DNA of 64,000 bases from Gammaproteobacteria bacterium (lineage in GTDB: Bacteria > Pseudomonadota > Gammaproteobacteria > Chromatiales > Chromatiaceae), in contig JAJFJN010000012.1 in NCBI GenBank assembly GCA_021773975.1, positions 299-64,298 of the forward strand, in the 5' to 3' direction. Positions within the stretch are counted from its first letter, which is position 1; each line of letters opens with the position of its first letter. The notes beneath the pieces were generated by a model that saw nothing but the letters and a program-made list of their open reading frames with translations, was not told where the DNA came from and ran no database searches. Shown in pieces: positions 30,741-38,563 of the stretch. A program made the translations under genes and the position numbers.

Positions 30741-31619
30741 ATGTCATCAGAAAATAAACATGAGAGTTCCACTCACCATCTGCGTGAGTATGGAGTTCAA
30801 ACGCCGGGGACAAAGGGTATTCCTGGCAAAAGACGTTACTCAATGGTCATCGACCTCAGGAAATGCATTGGGTGCATGTCCTGTGTAGTAGCTTGCAAAG
30901 CCGAATATGGCGTTCCTCTAGGAGTCTGGCGAACCTGGGTTATGGTCGCAGATAAGGGGAGGTATCCAGATAGCAGACGCATCTTCATGCCTCGCCTGTG
31001 TAATCACTGCGATTACCCAATCTGCGTACGCAACTGCCCCACACAAGCCACCTTCAAACATGCAGAAGGCTTCGTGCTACAACGGTATAACCGTTGTATC
31101 GGATGTCGGACCTGCGTCATAGCCTGTCCATACAACGCCAGGCATTTCCTTCCAGCAAAACGCACCAACAACAACCTTCCCAAACTGGTTGTCGATAAGT
31201 GCACCTTCTGTATCCATAGGGTTAAGAAGGGATTGGTACCTGCATGCGTACAAGCCTGTGTTGGTGGCGCACGCATCTTTGGTGATGTTAACGATCCCAA
31301 GAGCGAAGTAGCAAAACTTACTGCAAAAGAGAAGGTTACAGTACTAAAACCTGAACTAGGCACAAGTCCATCCGTCTACTACATTGGTGGCGACTGGGAG
31401 ATTATGGATGAAACCCATAACTACAAACATCGCTCAGCTCAGCAGAAGGCAGAGTTCAATACCTTTAAACGCAATCATCACGGAGATGCATTCGCTGATA
31501 TCGTTGAAGGTGAGAACACCATGCACCATGTAGGCAAAAACATGTCTGACTTCCTGGCGTCAATACCACACAAGTTCCATGATGTGGTTGCTGCGCTCAA
31601 GAAGCTGCTGTTTGCATAA
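30741..31619 (+). CDS. Four-cluster [4Fe-4S] ferredoxin subunit of a complex iron-sulfur molybdoenzyme (PsrB/DmsB/TtrB-like)
   Basis: Four Cys groups are present: CIGCMSCVVAC, CNHCDYPICVRNCP, CIGCRTCVIACP and CTFC...ACVQAC. There is no signal peptide. A C-terminal extension of ~80 aa is His-rich. Confidence 0.85.
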   Translation: MSSENKHESSTHHLREYGVQTPGTKGIPGKRRYSMVIDLRKCIGCMSCVVACKAEYGVPLGVWRTWVMVADKGRYPDSRRIFMPRLCNHCDYPICVRNCPTQATFKHAEGFVLQRYNRCIGCRTCVIACPYNARHFLPAKRTNNNLPKLVVDKCTFCIHRVKKGLVPACVQACVGGARIFGDVNDPKSEVAKLTAKEKVTVLKPELGTSPSVYYIGGDWEIMDETHNYKHRSAQQKAEFNTFKRNHHGDAFADIVEGENTMHHVGKNMSDFLASIPHKFHDVVAALKKLLFA

Positions 31620-31631
31620 GGGGGGGCAACA

Positions 31632-32537
31632 ATGGAAACCTTAATTACATATAACGCCGTCCACCACAATCCGTGGGGGACACCCATTACCATTTACTTC
31701 TGGCTGGTTGGCGCCAGTGCCGGTTCATTTGTACTCTCCGCTTTTGGCTGGGTATTCGGCATCAAACGCTACAAACCACTAGCTCTGAGCGCATCAGTAT
31801 TGGCTATTGGCATGCTGATGATCGTTCCAGTGCTGCTGATTTGGGATCTGGGTAAACCATTCAGGTTTATCTACCTCATGCTACCAGGATACTGGCACGG
31901 CACGGCTCCCATGGCCTGGGGTTCTCTGCTGATCTTAAGCTACCCAGTCTCGATGTTTGTCTATACCTACTTTGTCATTAAAAATGACCAAAAATGGGCG
32001 AAAATAATAGGCATCATCGCTATTGTTCTAGCGCTCTCTACACACTGGTATACCGGTGTTGTTATGGAGCTGAACCCTGGCCGCTACATCAACCATACAC
32101 CGCTTGCTCCACTGTTATTTTTAACAGGTGCATTTATATCGGGTATCGGCTTGATGATCCTAGTGCTCTGGATCAAGAACTTCTTTATGAGTGAGGAGAA
32201 GAAGATCAAGTGGGCGCTTATGGAAGAGATGGCTCAATATATGATGTATGGCATCGTATTTGACTGCTTCCTGCTCTTTCTCGACTTCATGCAAACACAG
32301 TACGGAACCGCAAGCGAAAATATAGGGCATCATGAAGTATTGATGAATATTTTCTTCACTCCGTACATAATGCTTGAGACTGTTATCGGCCTGCTTCTTC
32401 CACTAGTTATTCTGTGTTCACCACTCAAACGCACAAGACTTGGCGTATATGGCGCCTCCCTCTTGGTCGCTGGCGGTGTATATGGCATGCGTATCTGGTG
32501 GGTTATGGGCGGCCAATACATGCAGTCCTTCTATTGA
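31632..32537 (+). CDS. NrfD/PsrC-type integral membrane quinone-interacting subunit
   Basis: 301 aa with about 8 TM helices, lying between the FeS and molybdopterin subunit genes. SD GGGGGG is upstream. Confidence 0.85.
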   Translation: METLITYNAVHHNPWGTPITIYFWLVGASAGSFVLSAFGWVFGIKRYKPLALSASVLAIGMLMIVPVLLIWDLGKPFRFIYLMLPGYWHGTAPMAWGSLLILSYPVSMFVYTYFVIKNDQKWAKIIGIIAIVLALSTHWYTGVVMELNPGRYINHTPLAPLLFLTGAFISGIGLMILVLWIKNFFMSEEKKIKWALMEEMAQYMMYGIVFDCFLLFLDFMQTQYGTASENIGHHEVLMNIFFTPYIMLETVIGLLLPLVILCSPLKRTRLGVYGASLLVAGGVYGMRIWWVMGGQYMQSFY

Positions 32538-32553
32538 TTTGGAGAATAGAATA

Positions 32554-34902
32554 ATGTCAAAAATCAACAGACGAGACTTCTTAAAAGCAGGCGCAGTTGC
32601 AACTACCGCAGCAGCAGTTCCCGGTGTGGGATCAGCTATGGAGCTAAAACTCGGTGGCGCCGACTTTCATCAAATCAGGACCTTTCATGAGCGCAAAAAG
32701 ACACCATATCTTTGCACCATGTGTCCCTATTTTGATGGCGGATTCTGCTACGAAGAAGCCGGTGAAATTGTTAAGGTCGAGGGCAACCCTGACCATATCG
32801 CATCCCGCGGTAAATTCTGTACCAAAGGACTAGCATCATTCTTCGGCGCATCTGACCCCGACAGAATCCTCGCTCCTATGAAACGCTCAGGTCCACGTGG
32901 CTCAGGCCAATGGAAAGAGATCAGCTGGGATGAAGCCATCGCTGAGGTTTCTTCAAAGGTACAAGCCGCTGTCGATGCCAATCCAGACAGCGTTGTCCTA
33001 AACGAAGGCGCCTTCAAAGAGGGTGGCACAACCCGTTTTATGGATACACTGGGTTCAAGCTCAGTCATCCGTAGTCGGGTTCCATCCATCAGCAGCGTGG
33101 CTAAACAGGCGGTGCTTAAAAAGACCTTTGGTGTGGACTCCACACTGCCGGACTTTGAAAACACCAAGTATGTCCTAAACTTCGGCGAAAACATTATTGA
33201 GACAGCCCTTCCATTTGCTCAACGTCTCACAGATGGCATCGTCAACAACCGCTTGAAGCTTGTCACCTTTGACGTGCGTATGTCACACACTGCAGGAAGA
33301 AGTAGTGAATGGATACCTGTATTTCCAGGTAGTGACGGTATTATCGCACTGGCTATGGCCAATGTGATCATGGAAAAAAATCTGGCAAATGTTGACTTTA
33401 TAAATAGCTGGACTAATACCACTGCAAGTGAGTTGGCTCAGCAATTGAAAGCCTACACACCAGCCAAGGCTCAAAAGGCGAGTGGTGTCTCAGCAAAGGA
33501 TATCAAACGTCTTGCCATTGAGTTTGCCAAAAGCAAACCAGCAATAGTCGTTAGTCAAAATGGCCTGAGCTTCCATAAAGGTGGTGTAGATGCAGAAGCA
33601 GCAGCTCAGCTTCTGACCATCATAACTGGCAATATTGATATTGAAGGTGGTAACTGTCTGCCACGCCAGTTTGATATCGCTTCAATCCAACCCGCTCCTG
33701 CTGCTTCAGGCAGTGCCTCACGCCAGCTGAACCACACCTTTCCATTTGAGGTAAAAGGCGGCAAACGTAAGGTACAGGTAATGTTCAACCATATGAGCAA
33801 TCCAGCCTACTCATCTCCTGCAGCAAGCGTCTGGCGCGATGTGCTAAAAGAAGAGAGCCTGATTCCATATCTGGTTGATTTCAGCCCCTTCATGAGTGAA
33901 ACATCTGCATTGGCAGATATCATCCTTCCTGATGTGGTTCCAACAGAGCGGCATGATGTTGGCAGCAGTCCAACAGCACTGCACCCATGGCTCACCAAGA
34001 CCATCCCTGGTGTTAAAGCTCGAGGCCAGGCACAGGATGTTCGTGAAACCCTGAAAAAGATTGTCGAAACCATCGATGCAGATGGTAGCCGTGGCATGAA
34101 AGAGTTTTGGTCCTTTAAAAATGCCAAAGACTGGGTCAAACAAGAGGTGGCTGGTATCGGGCTGGATAAAAAAGCTCTCAAAGCACTCGAAAAAGGTGTT
34201 TATCCGGCCTACGGTAAGATTGACCCCAACACGCGAAAGATTGTCAAAAAAGGCGAGCCTATCCCTGCTGATTACAAAACCTACGAATCAGCTGGATTTG
34301 CAACACCCTCTGGCAAGGTTGAGGTCTCTACACCAACATGGACAGAAAACTCACGACTCTCTAACATTAAGTCAAATGAGTTTGTTTTAACCACCTTCAA
34401 GGTGAGCTATCAAAGCCTCTCTCGCACATCCAATCTGAAATTATTGTCAGAGTTATGGCATGCCAATCCACTATGGATCAATAAAGAAATTGCTCTAAAA
34501 CTGGGAATCGGCGATGGCGAACTGGTTAGAGTTAAGAGCGAGGTGGGTTACCTGGTAACTAAAGCCTGGCTGACTCAGGGCATTCATCCTCAGGTCATCG
34601 GGTTCTCTACCTCTGTAGGGCGCTCTGCCTATGGTCGTGTTGCTCAAGCTGATCCTACTGCAAAAACACCACTTGCAGATGACTCACAGGCAGATGAGGA
34701 TATTCTTGCCAACCTCTGGTGGAGAGATGGTGGTATCAACCCCAACGACATCATCCCACTAGCCATTGATCCAGCATCTGGAGCACAGGCCTGGAATGAT
34801 ACGGTGGTAACGATCTCACCTTCAGAATCAGGCGACAAATATGGTGACATCAAAGTCGATAACGCCAAACATGAAGCCATATATAAGAGACAAATGGGTT
34901 AA
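32554..34902 (+). CDS. Tat-exported molybdopterin (bis-MGD) oxidoreductase-type catalytic subunit, substrate unknown
   Basis: The start is set at the ATG at 32554 (SD GGAGA 9 nt upstream), giving the twin-arginine signal MSKINRRDFLKAGAVATTAAAVPG. An N-terminal FeS motif CTMCPYFDGGFC-x23-C is present. Typical CISM segments occur (GNPDHIASRGKFCTKG, KEISWDEA). 782 aa. Confidence 0.85.
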   Translation: MSKINRRDFLKAGAVATTAAAVPGVGSAMELKLGGADFHQIRTFHERKKTPYLCTMCPYFDGGFCYEEAGEIVKVEGNPDHIASRGKFCTKGLASFFGASDPDRILAPMKRSGPRGSGQWKEISWDEAIAEVSSKVQAAVDANPDSVVLNEGAFKEGGTTRFMDTLGSSSVIRSRVPSISSVAKQAVLKKTFGVDSTLPDFENTKYVLNFGENIIETALPFAQRLTDGIVNNRLKLVTFDVRMSHTAGRSSEWIPVFPGSDGIIALAMANVIMEKNLANVDFINSWTNTTASELAQQLKAYTPAKAQKASGVSAKDIKRLAIEFAKSKPAIVVSQNGLSFHKGGVDAEAAAQLLTIITGNIDIEGGNCLPRQFDIASIQPAPAASGSASRQLNHTFPFEVKGGKRKVQVMFNHMSNPAYSSPAASVWRDVLKEESLIPYLVDFSPFMSETSALADIILPDVVPTERHDVGSSPTALHPWLTKTIPGVKARGQAQDVRETLKKIVETIDADGSRGMKEFWSFKNAKDWVKQEVAGIGLDKKALKALEKGVYPAYGKIDPNTRKIVKKGEPIPADYKTYESAGFATPSGKVEVSTPTWTENSRLSNIKSNEFVLTTFKVSYQSLSRTSNLKLLSELWHANPLWINKEIALKLGIGDGELVRVKSEVGYLVTKAWLTQGIHPQVIGFSTSVGRSAYGRVAQADPTAKTPLADDSQADEDILANLWWRDGGINPNDIIPLAIDPASGAQAWNDTVVTISPSESGDKYGDIKVDNAKHEAIYKRQMG

Positions 34903-34943
34903 CCCTGGTCTCTTAAATAGATACGATAACGGAGGATGGAAGA

Positions 34944-35609
34944 TTGAAGACAACAACTAAAGCCATGCTTTTGATCATTGGTGCAATCGTCCTGGTTCTG
35001 CTCTTTTCTGCTCTGAGCTGTACCAGTGATCGATTCCAACGAATCAGCGCATGCACCGTATGCCATGAAATATTTGTTGATTATGACGAATACAAACCCA
35101 TCGGCATCGCAAGTGAAGAGATTGAAGACTACAAACCAAGAGAAGTCTTTGAGCCCGGTGCATTCGACGTAACAGTTGGCTGCGCAGAGTGTCATGCCTA
35201 CCCTTACGAGGAGTACCGTGAATCACCTCACTATGACAATGAGCTTGAGGTACGTCCTGGCTGCGTTGGCTGCCACGAACCACACAGCGTACGTGAGATC
35301 CTGCACTGGAAGTTTATTTACCTGAACCAAGGTGTTGTAGGAGAAAGCCCATTCCATGCTGTCTCTAACAGCTTGCGCGATATCGAGATGTGGGAAGAGG
35401 AGCTTCGACCTAAAATGGCTGCAAAAGTACGTCAGCAAATGGTTGAAGAGAAAAGTGAAAAGTGCCAGGTCTGCCATAAGACTGAAAGTGAGTGGTGGCA
35501 GGATATAGGCCAGCACAAAACCATGAAGGAAAAAGGCGTCTCCTGCATCAACTGCCACTACAACCTTGTTCACGCAGAGGTTCCATGGCCAGAGATGGAA
35601 GAGGAGTAA
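34944..35609 (+). CDS. Membrane-anchored NapC/NirT-family cytochrome c with five haem motifs
   Basis: TTG start 7 nt after SD GGAGGA, and an N-terminal TM helix. Five CXXCH motifs: CTVCH, CAECH, CVGCH, CQVCH and CINCH. The last four align with the NapC pattern (C..CH..YxEY...HY, C..CH.PH, C..CH, CI.CH....H). Confidence 0.8.
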   Translation: MKTTTKAMLLIIGAIVLVLLFSALSCTSDRFQRISACTVCHEIFVDYDEYKPIGIASEEIEDYKPREVFEPGAFDVTVGCAECHAYPYEEYRESPHYDNELEVRPGCVGCHEPHSVREILHWKFIYLNQGVVGESPFHAVSNSLRDIEMWEEELRPKMAAKVRQQMVEEKSEKCQVCHKTESEWWQDIGQHKTMKEKGVSCINCHYNLVHAEVPWPEMEEE

Positions 35610-35775
35610 CCACTAAATGTGTAGCCTAGCTGTGGCTATGAACTTATCCATAGCTGGGTTACTCTAAAGCTCTATTCATCATAGATACCTTATGCTGAAT
35701 ATAGTATTAACCAGCGGGGGCTTACCCCTAACAACTTGTATTTCTTCGAACTATCAAGTATCCGTGGAGGAAACC

Positions 35776-36168
35776 ATGAAGCGATTGAAAAAGAGTATCA
35801 ACATAGCAGCAGCAATTGCAGTAGCTTTAACTATGGGCTTAACTACCGGCCTTGCTGTCGCAGCTGACTGCGATGATGAAGATGCCGTCAAAACTGTACA
35901 GAAAAAGGTCTACAAAAAGAGTTGTAAAAAATGCCATGGTTCCAAAGGCAACGGCAAAGGTCCAGGTGCTAAAGGCATGGATCCTGCGCCACCTGATTGG
36001 ACTGCTGGCACAGAAAAATCCGATGATGATCTTTACCAGATCATTATGGAAGGCAGCAAAGACACCGAAATGAAGGGTTGGAAAGCTGGTGTCGCTAAAG
36101 CAGGTAAAGAGGTCTCTGAAGATGAAGCGCATACTCTGGTATGCATCGTCCATGGCTTCAAAAAATAA
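35776..36168 (+). CDS. Periplasmic monohaem class I c-type cytochrome
   Basis: Start set at the ATG at 35776 (SD GGAGG 5 nt upstream). The signal peptide reads ...GLAVAA. A single CKKCH is present, with a Met-containing segment downstream (IIMEGSKDTEMKGW). Confidence 0.75.
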   Translation: MKRLKKSINIAAAIAVALTMGLTTGLAVAADCDDEDAVKTVQKKVYKKSCKKCHGSKGNGKGPGAKGMDPAPPDWTAGTEKSDDDLYQIIMEGSKDTEMKGWKAGVAKAGKEVSEDEAHTLVCIVHGFKK

Positions 36169-36180
36169 TTAGCCACAATA

Positions 36181-36214
36181 ACATTCAAGGGGGCTTTAAA
36201 GCCCCCTTGAATGT
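36181..36214. repeat. 34-nt perfect palindrome (17-bp arms, no spacer) between the monohaem and first hexahaem genes
   Basis: ACATTCAAGGGGGCTTT/AAAGCCCCCTTGAATGT, read directly. It starts 13 nt after the cytochrome c stop and ends 36 nt before the next ATG. It is followed by only a weak T tract (TTGC). Confidence 0.75.
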
Positions 36215-36250
36215 TTGCACCATAATAAAATTATCCGGGAGGGTAGAGTA

Positions 36251-37264
36251 ATGCTGAATAAGCGTAGCACATGGCTGCTGTCGGTAATGCTGACTGCAAG
36301 CCTATTCTTGTTTACAGGTGCAGTACATTCTGCAGCAAAAGCAGCGCCGGCACCGGCCCCTAAAGCAGCGGCACCCGCTGCTCCCGCAGTAGATGACGAC
36401 ACCGTAAATCTCGTATATGGCGATATCGTCATGACCAGAACCAGAGAAGGTATGGAAGAGGGCGAAGTAGAAGCTGTCGTGTTTCCACACTGGTTCCACC
36501 GAATTCGTTTCCGCTGCAAGGTCTGCCATGAAGATACCTTTGTAACCAACAAAGGCGAAAATATTGTCGACATGGATCAGATCAGTGCTGGCGAGAAATG
36601 TGGCATGTGCCATGATGGCTCCGTTGCATGGGACCCACTTGAGTGCGAAAACTGCCACTACTATCCAATGGAACAGCTAGATGCTGAAGCAGCGCCACCA
36701 CCTGAAGAGACCAACCCTGCCAACCTGCTATTCGCTGGTCGTGGCGGAAAGATAGCTGGCAAAGGCGATCGTCGTAAACCATCAGGTTCTGCCTTCAAAT
36801 GGGGCGGCGGCTGGCAACCACGTGCTTTCTCCATGGCGGGTCTTCCAAAAGATAAATATGGTCTCGTAGATTGGATCAAGATCACCAAAAACGGCATGCT
36901 TCTACCAAAGGGTTCAATCGATCCAGAAGCCCCACTGTATGAATCTCCTGTTCACTATGAATTTGATGCGGACGGTGAAGAGGACATCGAAGACATGGTG
37001 ATCAAAGTAAAGAGCAAGAGCATTGCTGAAGTGCTCTTTCCTCACACCTTGCACACTTGGTGGCTAAACTGTAAAAGCTGTCATCCACACCGTTTTGTCC
37101 GTACCGCGGGTGATACCCCAATGACCATGAGAGAGATGGCCAAAGGCAAGTACTGCGGCGAGTGTCACGGTAAAGTCGCATTCCCGCTTGAGGATTGCGG
37201 TAAATGCCACAACAGAGAGAAAGTTGCCGCATGCAAAGCAAGCGATAACTGCACATTTGACTAA
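36251..37264 (+). CDS. Periplasmic hexahaem cytochrome built from two c7-type trihaem domains
   Basis: Start at the ATG at 36251 (SD GGGAGGG). Signal peptide, then an Ala/Pro-rich linker (AAKAAPAPAPKAAAPAAPA). Two units of the pattern FPHxxH..C..CH...M....G..CG.CH.G..A....C..CH are present, giving CKVCH, CGMCH, CENCH, CKSCH, CGECH and CGKCH. Confidence 0.8.
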   Translation: MLNKRSTWLLSVMLTASLFLFTGAVHSAAKAAPAPAPKAAAPAAPAVDDDTVNLVYGDIVMTRTREGMEEGEVEAVVFPHWFHRIRFRCKVCHEDTFVTNKGENIVDMDQISAGEKCGMCHDGSVAWDPLECENCHYYPMEQLDAEAAPPPEETNPANLLFAGRGGKIAGKGDRRKPSGSAFKWGGGWQPRAFSMAGLPKDKYGLVDWIKITKNGMLLPKGSIDPEAPLYESPVHYEFDADGEEDIEDMVIKVKSKSIAEVLFPHTLHTWWLNCKSCHPHRFVRTAGDTPMTMREMAKGKYCGECHGKVAFPLEDCGKCHNREKVAACKASDNCTFD

Positions 37265-37294
37265 ATTGGCATAGTAAACGTAGTGGGAGTGGTC

Positions 37295-38491
37295 ATGATG
37301 AATAAAATATTGAGATGTATAACCATCGCCTTGTTCTTATTCTCATGTACCACTCCTTTTGCTTTTGCCGAGGAGAGAGTTCTTCCCAAAAAGATGACAC
37401 CTGCCAAGTTGGAAAAGTCAGTCCATCGCCAGCTTAAATATATTGATAAACGCCTTCTTGCAGGTAAAAGTGCCGATCAAATCCTAAATAGTGGAAACGA
37501 TAAAGCCATATTCATCCTGAATGAAAGCAAGAAAAAGCGCGATATTATTGCCAAACAGATCGAAGAAGGAGAGATGGAACCAGCCTATTGGGCATTAAAA
37601 GATCTTGGCAATGAACTTCGTGCTGCCTCAAAACTTGTACGCGCAAAAAACGTATCCGCAAAAAAGATAAAGGATGACCTAGACCTAGCAAAAATTAAAA
37701 GTGATGCATACGAAGAACGCGCCAAGCAACGCGGCATTCATGATGGTAGCGGTGGCAAAGAGGCGCACGACCTATTTGAACAAGCTGAAGAAAAGCGCAA
37801 AGAAGCCCGCCAACTTGAAAAAAACAAGAAGTATAAAGAATCCACCAGCGCCTATCTCAGCTCAACTGAATTTATAAAAAAAGCCATTGCCACATCAAAA
37901 CGGCAAGGATATAGCAGCAGCAAAATCAATAAAGAAGAAAAAAGAGTACTGCCTAAAGGGATGACGCCAGAAAAATTGAAAAAATCCGTAATCAGGCAAT
38001 TCAAATATATAGACACCCGCCAGCTTTCAGATAAAAGTCACCAAAAAATAAAAGATAGCCAGAATAGTGAAGCTATAACCATTTTTAACCGGGGACGTAA
38101 ACGCATTAACACTATTGCAAGCAAGATTGATGAAGAGCAGTATGAAGAGGCTTATTGGGCGCTACAAAAACTTGCCAGCTCCTTAAAAGACGCCATGAAA
38201 CTAGCTCTAGCTAAAAAAACTGAAGCTAAAAACGACAAGAACGAAATGGATAGTGCTCGCATCACAAGTGATGCCTACCTCGAACGTGCAAGACAGAGAG
38301 GCATTCATGAAGGCAAAGGTGGTGCCGAAGCCCTGGAGCTTTTTAAACGCGCAGAAGCTGAGCGCACTGATGCCATCAACGCACAATCAAAAGAACAATA
38401 TAAATGGGCATCAAAAGGCTACCAGCTTTCAACTGAATTCCTAAAGAAATCCATTACATCAGCAAAAGAGTGGCAGAAATCCAACGAATAA
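37295..38491 (+). CDS. Secreted helical protein made of two tandem ~185-aa repeats, unknown function
   Basis: The signal peptide MMNKILRCITIALFLFSCTTPFAFA has a possible AFA/E cleavage site or LFSC lipobox. The halves starting at nt 37370 and 37934 align end to end (RVLPKKMTPAKLEKSV../RVLPKGMTPEKLKKSV.., AYWALKDL/AYWALQKL, SDAYEERAKQRGIHDG/SDAYLERARQRGIHEG, LSSTEFIKKAI/LSTEFLKKSI). Confidence 0.7.
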   Translation: MMNKILRCITIALFLFSCTTPFAFAEERVLPKKMTPAKLEKSVHRQLKYIDKRLLAGKSADQILNSGNDKAIFILNESKKKRDIIAKQIEEGEMEPAYWALKDLGNELRAASKLVRAKNVSAKKIKDDLDLAKIKSDAYEERAKQRGIHDGSGGKEAHDLFEQAEEKRKEARQLEKNKKYKESTSAYLSSTEFIKKAIATSKRQGYSSSKINKEEKRVLPKGMTPEKLKKSVIRQFKYIDTRQLSDKSHQKIKDSQNSEAITIFNRGRKRINTIASKIDEEQYEEAYWALQKLASSLKDAMKLALAKKTEAKNDKNEMDSARITSDAYLERARQRGIHEGKGGAEALELFKRAEAERTDAINAQSKEQYKWASKGYQLSTEFLKKSITSAKEWQKSNE

Positions 38492-38563
38492 ATCACATCG
38501 AAGAGGCATTAAAAAACATACATTGACCATGGCAAATCCTGATTCACTGCGCGAGTCCACTGC

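Noticed and set aside
32440-32553. The upstream start (32440) offered by the ORF track for the molybdopterin subunit
   Set aside because: It would overlap the NrfD gene by ~100 nt and bury the twin-arginine signal. The ATG at 32554 has an SD and places MSKINRRDFLK at the N-terminus.
36196-37256. Minus-strand ORFs (36196-36573, 36302-36658, 36582-36782, 36661-36897, 37002-37256) across the first hexahaem gene
   Set aside because: They are antisense to a CDS with six haem motifs and a signal peptide, and have no features of their own.
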